From the NCBI GenBank assembly GCA_964550965.1, contig CAZKCB010000002.1, positions 1-25,176 on the forward strand: a DNA stretch of 25,176 bases, written 5' to 3'. The notes under the pieces were generated by a model. The model was given only the letters and a program-made list of their open reading frames with translations. It had not been told where the DNA came from and made no database searches. Below, in pieces: positions 1-6,753 of this stretch; the stretch's first letter is position 1; each line of letters begins with the position of its first letter. The position numbers and the translations under genes were made by a program. Source of the DNA: an uncultured Oscillospiraceae bacterium (lineage in GTDB: Bacteria; Bacillota; Clostridia; Peptostreptococcales; Anaerovoracaceae).

Positions 1-80
1 GGCGGCGAGCGCCACTTACGGGTCGGATCTCTTCTAGTCCGGTTCAGGGGCGTCGGCAACGCAGAACGTTATGCGAAATT
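1..80 (+). repeat. attC-like site 0 (right half only, cut by window edge)
   Basis: GTCCGGTTC at 37-45 (also at 1284 and 2326), then CGTCGGCAACGCAGAAC and core GTTATGCGAAATT at 68-80, directly upstream of an ORF. Confidence 0.75.
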
Positions 81-102
81 CTTTATGAAAGGTTGAGACA
101 CA

Positions 103-939
103 TTGAACCAATACTGTATTAAAACCTCTGAAAAACAGGTAGTTGCATGCTCGCAAATGCGCATTTCGTTTGAACCTAAAGGGACTCAGATGGATTTCAG
201 AAACGAAATGAGAAAAGCCATCTCAGAATTAAGACTTGGAAATAATGAGATAGCAATTGCATCCTTCTGCACAACCGAAAATGCATTCTTCGATGTTGAA
301 AATATTCTGGTGTATAACATAGGGCCAAATACATTTGCCACAATTAGCAAGAATGGGATTCATGTTGTGAAAAGCAATGAAACAATAGATGCTGGTTTTA
401 GCAATAAGTATGAGTACCTTATTGCTGACAAGAAAAAGACACTTTCAGAACTGGAAATAAAAAAGAGCAACGCATTTTTGCAGTTCCAATTTACCTTGAA
501 GAAGTTCAACACTGCATTGAAACCGAGTGATTATTGGCTGGCTTTCCATGATGGTAACACAGAAATTGAAAACCATGAAACAAAAAAGTTTTTTGGGGTT
601 TTCATAGATGTGCATCTGCCAAATGAATGTGGAAATATAGTGAGCATGATGAAGCCGATGATTGATGGGATCATTTCCGGGATGCATTCAGAAAATCTGA
701 AAGACGGAGATGCTGAGATCAGACTGTCTAAAATCCTTAATGTACCAAATGAAAGAATTACGGAGTTATTGTACAGGAAAGATTTTTCAATTTTAGGTGA
801 GCGGAATTTGATAAGTGCCTATAGAGATGGCCTGAAATGGAACCCAGAAGACGAGAGATGCATTGAAATTACAATAATTCCTCATGAAAATAAATCAATT
901 GAAAGAGCAGAAGTAAAAGGTTACGTTTATTGGCTGTAA
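103..939 (+). CDS. Hypothetical protein, cassette-borne (278 aa; start uncertain, TTG 103 or ATG 157)
   Basis: Long AT-rich ORF bounded by GTTATGCGAAATT (68-80) and AACTTCGCATAAC (952-964). No family confidently recognised. Confidence 0.8.
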   Translation: MNQYCIKTSEKQVVACSQMRISFEPKGTQMDFRNEMRKAISELRLGNNEIAIASFCTTENAFFDVENILVYNIGPNTFATISKNGIHVVKSNETIDAGFSNKYEYLIADKKKTLSELEIKKSNAFLQFQFTLKKFNTALKPSDYWLAFHDGNTEIENHETKKFFGVFIDVHLPNECGNIVSMMKPMIDGIISGMHSENLKDGDAEIRLSKILNVPNERITELLYRKDFSILGERNLISAYRDGLKWNPEDERCIEITIIPHENKSIERAEVKGYVYWL

Positions 940-951
940 GTCACGGCTAAG

Positions 952-1028
952 AACTTCGCATAACAATGCATCTGCCGCAAGGGTTTCGGGCATCTCTGGG
1001 GCGGACTACGACGGTCCACACCCCTTCG
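952..1028 (+). repeat. attC-like site 1 (left part, truncated)
   Basis: Inverse core AACTTCGCATAAC 12 nt after the stop. Left arm TAACAATGCATCTGCCG can pair with the site-0-type right arm CGGCAACGCAGAACGTTA. Internal GGAC/GTCC hairpin followed by CACACCCC as in sites 2 and 3. GC-rich sequence stops abruptly near 1028. Confidence 0.7.
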
Positions 1029-1151
1029 TCAAGGAAAGATCTAGGTCAAATAGTTGAATATGGTATTTTTCAAAAAAACAAAGTAGGAAAAAAGTATGTA
1101 TATTCATTGAAAGAAATTGTTTCTGTGATATCAAGTTTGAATAAGAATTAA
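1029..1151 (+). pseudogene. 3' remnant of a gene ending in a winged-helix-like C-terminus
   Basis: Reads SRKDLGQIVEYGIFQKNKVGKKYVYSLKEIVSVISSLNKN-stop, AT-rich, followed immediately by an inverse core. The RKDL..LV..G...K.K.G..YVY pattern resembles wHTH tails such as those on Fic-family proteins (inference). Confidence 0.5.
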
Positions 1152-1154
1152 CGG

Positions 1155-1316
1155 CATATAACAAAGCACTCACGCTGACGGCTCGTTCAGCAAAGTTTGT
1201 GCTTGGGCTGCCGATTTCTAACAGCGTTGGGCAGCCACACGCCCTCACCGGGTGCAAGCACCGCTCTGAGGCAAGTCTTTCGGGTCCGGTTCGGGTGGCG
1301 TCGGCAATGCGAATTT
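1155..1316 (+). repeat. attC-like site 2 (GTTA core apparently deleted)
   Basis: CATATAAC then AAAGCACTCACGCTGACGGC, identical to sites 3 and 6. GGCTGCC/GGCAGCC hairpin at 1206-1236, GTCCGGTTC at 1284. Ends GGCAATGCGAATT versus GGCAACGCAGAACGTTATGCGAAATT in site 0. Confidence 0.8.
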
Positions 1317-1339
1317 GTTCATGAAAAGGGGGCATTCAA

Positions 1340-2182
1340 ATGAAAAAAGACCAATACTTGCAAACCCCAGTCGTTACAGAATTTATAGAATGGCTTATTA
1401 AACACATTGATGAAGACCTATTCACACATACCTATATTCAGAAACGGCCTAAAGGCAATGTTTGGAGATGCAATTCTATTTACAATGCCTTTGAAAACTA
1501 CAAATGGAGATTCAATTGTACCCTCCCAAATGGAAAGACTATTTCAGGAGATACATACAGAGAGTGTGAAGAAATACTGACAAACATTTCGTCAGGTTTA
1601 ATAAATGCTTTAGAACAAGGGAATCAATCACTGCTCAAGGCATATTGCATATCCACTTTACAATGGGGCGGAGTACTAAGGAGCAATAAAGAGAAAATTG
1701 AAAACATGGAAAATGCATTAGAGTACTTTTCTTCAACAACGTGTGCGCTGGATCCATACACGGTTTCATTGTCTGATACGTTTGAAGGAATTTTAATGAA
1801 TTCAGGATTCACAAAGATTTACTCTTTGATGATTAAAGATTTTATTATTTATGACGGACGTCTAGGAGCTGCTCTCGGGCTGCTTGTAAGAAAGTATCTT
1901 GAAGAAAACAATATTAATACAGTTCCAAGTGAACTGAAATTTGCATACGGTAATCCAAAGACCAATAGTTATGATAAGGATGAACTTTCAAAGCGGAATC
2001 CCAGCAAAGATGGCTACAAGTTCCCTTTGTTAACCAATAATAGTAAGCTCCATGTTGTAAATAATTTGAGAGCTAATTGGATTGTTTTTGAAGCAGCAAA
2101 ACAAAGTAAATTTTCAACACATAATAGTCCAATGAGAGCATTAGAATCTGCATTATTTATGATCGGTTATGATATCAGGTAG
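1340..2182 (+). CDS. Conserved-looking hypothetical protein, possibly HhH/DNA-glycosylase-like fold, cassette-borne
   Basis: 280 aa, RBS AAAGGGGG. Motifs WGGV, NSGFTKIYSL, IYDGRLGAALG, LESALFMIGY. Fold assignment is from pattern recall only. Confidence 0.8.
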   Translation: MKKDQYLQTPVVTEFIEWLIKHIDEDLFTHTYIQKRPKGNVWRCNSIYNAFENYKWRFNCTLPNGKTISGDTYRECEEILTNISSGLINALEQGNQSLLKAYCISTLQWGGVLRSNKEKIENMENALEYFSSTTCALDPYTVSLSDTFEGILMNSGFTKIYSLMIKDFIIYDGRLGAALGLLVRKYLEENNINTVPSELKFAYGNPKTNSYDKDELSKRNPSKDGYKFPLLTNNSKLHVVNNLRANWIVFEAAKQSKFSTHNSPMRALESALFMIGYDIR

Positions 2183-2189
2183 TACCAAC

Positions 2190-2369
2190 GACTTCGCCTA
2201 ACAAAGCACTCACGCTGACGGCCCGTTCCACAGAGTTCGTGCCTGGGCTGCCAGTTTTCTGACACGGTTGGGCAGCCACACCCCATCACCGGGTGCAACC
2301 ACATTCAAGATGCTCTGGCTATGGGGTCCGGTTCAGTGACGTTGTGAACACAGCGGCGTTATATGAAAT
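2190..2369 (+). repeat. attC-like site 3 (complete, about 165 bp core to core)
   Basis: GACTTCGCCTAAC (2190-2202), TCAC box, internal hairpins, GTCCGGTTC (2326), GTGA box, GTTATATGAAAT (2358-2369). The first 24 nt from TAAC are identical to sites 2 and 6. Confidence 0.85.
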
Positions 2370-2437
2370 CATACGCAAAGACTGCGCGCCGCTCTGGCGC
2401 GGAAGCCATGTTAGTTATGTAAGATTGAGGTGAGACA

Positions 2438-3043
2438 ATGAATGCAAAAGAGGAACAATCAAGAAAAGCATATAACAAAATAGCGGAGAACTATAATGAC
2501 TCATTTGATGGGCGGTTCACACGCTTATTCAAAGATGAGCTGGTTTCAAGAGTGATTCTTAAGCAGAATGATGCAGTACTGGATGTTGCCTGCGGAACAG
2601 GTGAACTGTTAGACCGCCTTTATCATAAATGTCCTATTAAAGGAGTTGGGGTAGATATATCAGATAAAATGATAAAGGTAGCAAAATTGCAGTACAGTAA
2701 ATTTGATTTTATTGTATCAAGCTGTGCACCGCTTCCCTTTGATGATAACTCATTCGATGTATTAACAGTATCCGCAGCTTTTCATCACTTTCCGGAGCCT
2801 GGAGAGTTTGCAAAAGAAGCACACCGTGTTCTAAAGTATGGAGGGAAAATATACATAGCAGAAGTGAATTACCCTACACCAATACGTCAAATCGTTAATT
2901 CTATCATTTTACCGTTATATAATGCGGGTGATGTTAAGATATACCACGCAAAGGAGCTAGTTGAAATATTTAAAAAGGCTAATTTTAACCTTCTATCAGT
3001 TGCCCAAAAGGGAAAAGTGCAGCTACTGAACGCCACCAAATGA
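2438..3043 (+). CDS. Class I SAM-dependent methyltransferase (UbiE-like / Methyltransf_11)
   Basis: Motif I VLDVACGTG, GVDISDKM, LPFDDNSFD, AFHHF..P..F..E..RVLK.GG. RBS GAGGTG. Confidence 0.9.
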   Translation: MNAKEEQSRKAYNKIAENYNDSFDGRFTRLFKDELVSRVILKQNDAVLDVACGTGELLDRLYHKCPIKGVGVDISDKMIKVAKLQYSKFDFIVSSCAPLPFDDNSFDVLTVSAAFHHFPEPGEFAKEAHRVLKYGGKIYIAEVNYPTPIRQIVNSIILPLYNAGDVKIYHAKELVEIFKKANFNLLSVAQKGKVQLLNATK

Positions 3044-3169
3044 GTAAAAACAAATAATAGTTATTCATTTTGCTGTTCGAATGGACCATATCTTTCCCCT
3101 AGATTTACAGTGCCGCAGTCCATGGCCGCCACGTAGTGTGGCGGAAGAAACAAGGAGGGTAGAAGAACC

Positions 3170-3778
3170 ATGAAGAAAAATATTTTGATAAGTACGCTTT
3201 TTATGATAATTATAGTGATTGCTTTTTCTTCGTGTACGAATAAAGAAAATGAGTCAAACGATAGTAACATATATGAATACATTCCTTATGGGCAATTGCC
3301 TGAAGACTATAATGTAGAAGACGCAAAATCGGATGGATGTGTCGTATTTGAGGATCTTCAGCTTACTTCCGGAGATGAAGCTTGGAAACAATTCTTAGAA
3401 ACCGCACAAGCTGGCAAAGCGGCAAGTGTTCGTCTTGCGAACTATTATACGTTAGACGCTCAGAATATATCAGAAGAGTATTATGCGGAAGTAAAAGACG
3501 AATATCCCGTTTTATATGTACAGGATTTAAGCTTTGACGGCGAGAACTATCGCTTATATTATACCGAGGGCGAAAAAGAATATGAATACAAATACCCATA
3601 TTTAGTAAAATTCACAGGCCCTCCCAACAGTAGTACCGCAACATACAGCCAATATGAAAGATATTTTTTGGTAAGGGATAAGTCAGTTACTTTTGAGCAA
3701 ATTCAAATAGGTTGGTTAAGCAGTTACACGGGAAATCAAGTGGATTGTGTTGCGGTCTATACGGATTTAAAAAAATAA
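3170..3778 (+). CDS. Hypothetical lipoprotein
   Basis: MKK + hydrophobic stretch + lipobox-like FSSC. Strong RBS AAGGAGGG. Confidence 0.8.
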   Translation: MKKNILISTLFMIIIVIAFSSCTNKENESNDSNIYEYIPYGQLPEDYNVEDAKSDGCVVFEDLQLTSGDEAWKQFLETAQAGKAASVRLANYYTLDAQNISEEYYAEVKDEYPVLYVQDLSFDGENYRLYYTEGEKEYEYKYPYLVKFTGPPNSSTATYSQYERYFLVRDKSVTFEQIQIGWLSSYTGNQVDCVAVYTDLKK

Positions 3779-3840
3779 GAGGGTTGCATTTAAAGCTATG
3801 GCGCCACGTCCTGTGGCGCTTAGTAAAAAGGAGATAGATC

Positions 3841-3985
3841 CATCTTATAACAAAGCACTCTGACGGCACGTTCAACAAGGTTCGTGCCGGAGCTGCTGAT
3901 TTTTCTCTTGCTCAAAAGCAGCCAAAGTACTTGTGAAGACGGCTGCATATATGCCTTGCTTCGAAATGGTGAGTAGTGTTATTAA
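3841..3985 (+). repeat. attC-like site 4 (divergent)
   Basis: CATCTTATAAC AAAGCACTC-TGACGGC (4-nt deletion versus sites 2/3). Hairpins GGCACG/CGTGCC (3865-3888) and GCTGCT/AGCAGC (3892-3922). Candidate right end GTGAGTAGTGTTATT (3969-3983). Confidence 0.65.
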
Positions 3986-4025
3986 GCAAAATGCGCCATA
4001 AATTGTGGCGAATAGGGGATTAAAA

Positions 4026-4109
4026 ATGTATGGTGCAGCAGGTGGCGGTTCTTGCTCCCGCAATATACTGGGGTGTGATGGGGATTCAGCATTTGACACA
4101 AAAATCTAA
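4026..4109 (+). CDS. Possible 27-aa small ORF or gene remnant (MYGAAGGGSCSRNILGCDGDSAFDTKI)
   Basis: ATG preceded by AGGGGA, immediately after site 4 and a leader hairpin. No family recognised. Confidence 0.25.
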   Translation: MYGAAGGGSCSRNILGCDGDSAFDTKI

Positions 4110-4130
4110 AGGTGATTCTGGAGGAATTTT

Positions 4131-4895
4131 ATGAAAATAATTACAATTGATAGAAACAACATTGATCAAGAGCATATTTGCTGCGCCATTGGAAATGACA
4201 AACCAAATCAAAACAGAGCTCAAACAAAAAAGGATTGGATGAAAAATGAATTTGATAATGGGCTTGTATTTAAACGATTTGACCAGAGAGGCAAGTTGTT
4301 TATTGAATATACTCCCATTGAAAATATCTGGAAACCAATAAAAGGGAAAAACTATATGGCCATTAATTGCTTGTGGGTTTCGGGGCAATTTAAGGGAAAG
4401 GGATTATCGACGCAATTACTTGATCGTTGCATTGAAGATGCAAAGTTAAAGGAAAAAGACGGAATCGTTGTCGTCAGTAGCGATAAAGTCAAACCATTTT
4501 TGACAGATAAAAAATTCTATTTGAAACATGGATTTGAAATTGCAGATACTGCCCCACCGTATTTTGAATTGCTGGTTTTGAAATTCAATGAGAAAGCTGA
4601 GAATCCAACATTTTCAGACAATGCCAAAAGTGGGACATGCATAAATAAGAATGGATTTACCTTTATCTACTCAAATCAATGCCCTTTCATGGAGGAATAT
4701 GTAGCGATCTTATCTGAGGTCACCAAAAGAAATGAAATAGCATTTGAGACGATCAAGCTGCAGAATTTCAAAGAAGCGCAAGAAATGGGAAGTCCATTTG
4801 GGACACTTGGAATTTATTTCAATGGTGAATTTCAAACCCATGAATTGATGTCGGAAAAGAAATTCGAGAAATATATTGAAAGATACAGAAAATAG
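4131..4895 (+). CDS. yoaP: GNAT N-acetyltransferase with YoaP domain
   Basis: N-terminal EHICCA, INCLWVSGQFKGKG (acetyl-CoA loop), QCPF, C-terminal F.THE. RBS GGAGG. Confidence 0.85.
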   Translation: MKIITIDRNNIDQEHICCAIGNDKPNQNRAQTKKDWMKNEFDNGLVFKRFDQRGKLFIEYTPIENIWKPIKGKNYMAINCLWVSGQFKGKGLSTQLLDRCIEDAKLKEKDGIVVVSSDKVKPFLTDKKFYLKHGFEIADTAPPYFELLVLKFNEKAENPTFSDNAKSGTCINKNGFTFIYSNQCPFMEEYVAILSEVTKRNEIAFETIKLQNFKEAQEMGSPFGTLGIYFNGEFQTHELMSEKKFEKYIERYRK

Positions 4896-4913
4896 AGAGT
4901 AGTAACTATTCAA

Positions 4914-4952
4914 CAGCGCATAACAGTGGCTCTGCCCCTGTGGATCTGCGGT
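4914..4952 (+). repeat. attC-like site 5 (short left-arm stub)
   Basis: CAGCGCATAAC 18 nt after the yoaP stop, followed by AGTGGCTCTGCCCC. Interrupted by site 6. Confidence 0.45.
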
Positions 4953-5000
4953 AATTCGCCTAACAAAGCACTCACGCTGACGGCTCGTTCATCAAGGTTT
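4953..5000 (+). repeat. attC-like site 6 (left part, truncated; right end of array)
   Basis: AATTCGCCTAAC. 31 nt from TAAC (4961-4991) are identical to site 2. Continues TCAAGGTT, like site 4. Confidence 0.75.
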
Positions 5001-5975
5001 TGGACGAATGACAAATATTTTTTCGTAAAACGCTCCATCCTTATAGAAGGTCGCGACACAAACATTCCTTCCGTAAACATCGCTTTCCACACAAGCAACC
5101 CTTGTGCCGGAATTGCGTCCTTGCCACATTCCATTTTCTTCTTTGACGTCAACGTACTCGATGTATTTTGAAAGCTCCTTGTACAGGTCATCTGCAATAA
5201 ACTCATCTACGTAGTAATAATTATCAAAATAACCGCCTTGTTTGAATTCACACTCGGAAGGATTTAATGACAGAAGAAACTCCTTGATCGCTTTGTCTCC
5301 AAAAGCAGTCTCAGTATCGTCTCTTTTGAGGAGAGTAGTAACGCCGTCCTCTTTTTTGTATGGCAAATCAGCTTCCGTTTTAATGCGTTCCAACAATGTA
5401 CCGTCTGTGTTTTTTATTTTCATAGACAGTGCATCGTTTGAAATTAAAGCAACATCGGCACGGAGAAACTGATGGCTACCCGTGGCGTATTCTCCTGCTG
5501 TTATACCGATTTTGTCAGATAGCTCCCAAGCCTTGTTCCACGAGAAGTCCCCCTCACTATCCTTGTAACCGAGAGCACGGAGAACAAGCGTAAGATACTG
5601 CGTTGCCGTAACCGTAGCGTCCCCGCTGAAAGTTGTTGCGCTTGTCCCGGCTGTCAGGCCGTTTGAATAGGAATAGCCGACATAAGGCTTTGCCCAATCG
5701 GGAACATCGGTAAAGGGCGTCGTCCATGTTCCGGCCTTTGCTTCCTCATCCTTGCCCAAAAGCCGCACAAGCATTGTTACAGATTCTGCGCGGGTGGGCG
5801 CACGGCCAAGGTCATAAATGGGTTTGCCGTTTGCGTCAGTGCCTGCTCCGCTAAACAAGCCCAGAGCGTTCAGCGCATCTGCCGCTTCGGTTGCTTTGCT
5901 GCTGGCTGCAAATGCAGATGGAACCATAAAAGAAACCATGATCAGTACAAAAAAAAAGGAAATTGCTCTCTTCAT
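4992..5975 (-). CDS. S-layer homology (SLH) domain surface protein
   Basis: Signal peptide ending AFA. SLH-type motifs TRAESVTMLVRLLG, PFTDVPDWAKPYVGY..NGLT.G, LRADVA. RBS AGGAGGGG. Confidence 0.85.
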   Translation of the reverse strand: MKRAISFFFVLIMVSFMVPSAFAASSKATEAADALNALGLFSGAGTDANGKPIYDLGRAPTRAESVTMLVRLLGKDEEAKAGTWTTPFTDVPDWAKPYVGYSYSNGLTAGTSATTFSGDATVTATQYLTLVLRALGYKDSEGDFSWNKAWELSDKIGITAGEYATGSHQFLRADVALISNDALSMKIKNTDGTLLERIKTEADLPYKKEDGVTTLLKRDDTETAFGDKAIKEFLLSLNPSECEFKQGGYFDNYYYVDEFIADDLYKELSKYIEYVDVKEENGMWQGRNSGTRVACVESDVYGRNVCVATFYKDGAFYEKIFVIRPKP

Positions 5976-6147
5976 TGAGTCCCCTCCTATATAGATAATA
6001 GCTCATTTAATTATTCTACTGCAAACTTTTCCAAATTTCAATTATCGCAGGTTTTATTTCTCTTTAGACTTTTTTTGATAAATGAACTTGAAGAAAAAAG
6101 CAAGTTTGCATTAAGCAAGAAAATGGATACAAATCGTATCAAAATTA

Positions 6148-6194
6148 AAAGCCGGGTTCAAGTGCATTAACCTAATGCATTTGAACCCGGCTTT
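6148..6194. terminator. Long hairpin, probable terminator of the usp gene
   Basis: 22-bp inverted repeat AAAGCCGGGTTCAAGTGCATTA / TAATGCATTTGAACCCGGCTTT, 1 wobble, 3-nt loop, 10 nt beyond the usp stop. Confidence 0.8.
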
Positions 6195-6204
6195 ATCAGA
6201 TCAT

Positions 6205-6639
6205 TTATCGGACGATCAGTGTGGGTAAGTTTATTGCTAAGGTAACTCGCCGTGAAACGCTTCCGATTGCTCCACGTATTCCTCCCATACCACTTGAGCC
6301 CATAATCACAAAATCAAAATCACTGTTTTCCAGATATTCAATTATTTTATCTGCAGGATTTCCGGTCAAAAGCTTTGTCTCAACAACTCCGCTAAAGCTG
6401 CATAACTTATTAGCAGCATCTTCTAAAATCTTTGATCCAAGTAAGCGTTTTTCTGTTGTGATGTTATGGACCAATTCCGGTGAGAATTGATATGGATTTG
6501 TGGCATAGCTACTTTCTTCTACGTCAATAACATAGAGGACCGTAATTTTGCTGTCAAAGGCCGTCGCCATTTCCTGTGCCATTTCAAGAGCCTTTGATGA
6601 ATTCAATGAACCGTCGATGGGAACCAGAATTTTTTTCAT
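6205..6639 (-). CDS. Universal stress protein (Usp family)
   Basis: MKKILVPIDGS start with RBS GGAGGG; G.PAD.I, D.VIMGSSG.GG..G.IGSVS..V......P.LIVR. Confidence 0.9.
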   Translation of the reverse strand: MKKILVPIDGSLNSSKALEMAQEMATAFDSKITVLYVIDVEESSYATNPYQFSPELVHNITTEKRLLGSKILEDAANKLCSFSGVVETKLLTGNPADKIIEYLENSDFDFVIMGSSGMGGIRGAIGSVSRRVTLAINLPTLIVR

Positions 6640-6753
6640 AGATAATCCCTCCATTCATAAAACTTAAAAAGCAACACAAAATAAGAACTATGAGAATTAA
6701 AGTCCTCGAACACATTATACCCTTAATGAATGCATCTAAAGCAATATTGTGTT

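Noticed and set aside
966-1335. ORFs 966-1151 (+), 1006-1335 (-), 3872-4099 (-), 4910-5206 (-) and 4926-5171 (+) as real genes
   Set aside because: They read through the repeats; the shared peptide ERAVSVSALL in two of them is just the repeat translated.
1-5000. CRISPR array
   Set aside because: Repeats are long, degenerate and separated by whole genes, not 30-40 nt spacers; no cas genes.
6148-6194. MITE or mobile palindrome
   Set aside because: Single copy located just after a stop codon; a terminator is the simpler explanation.
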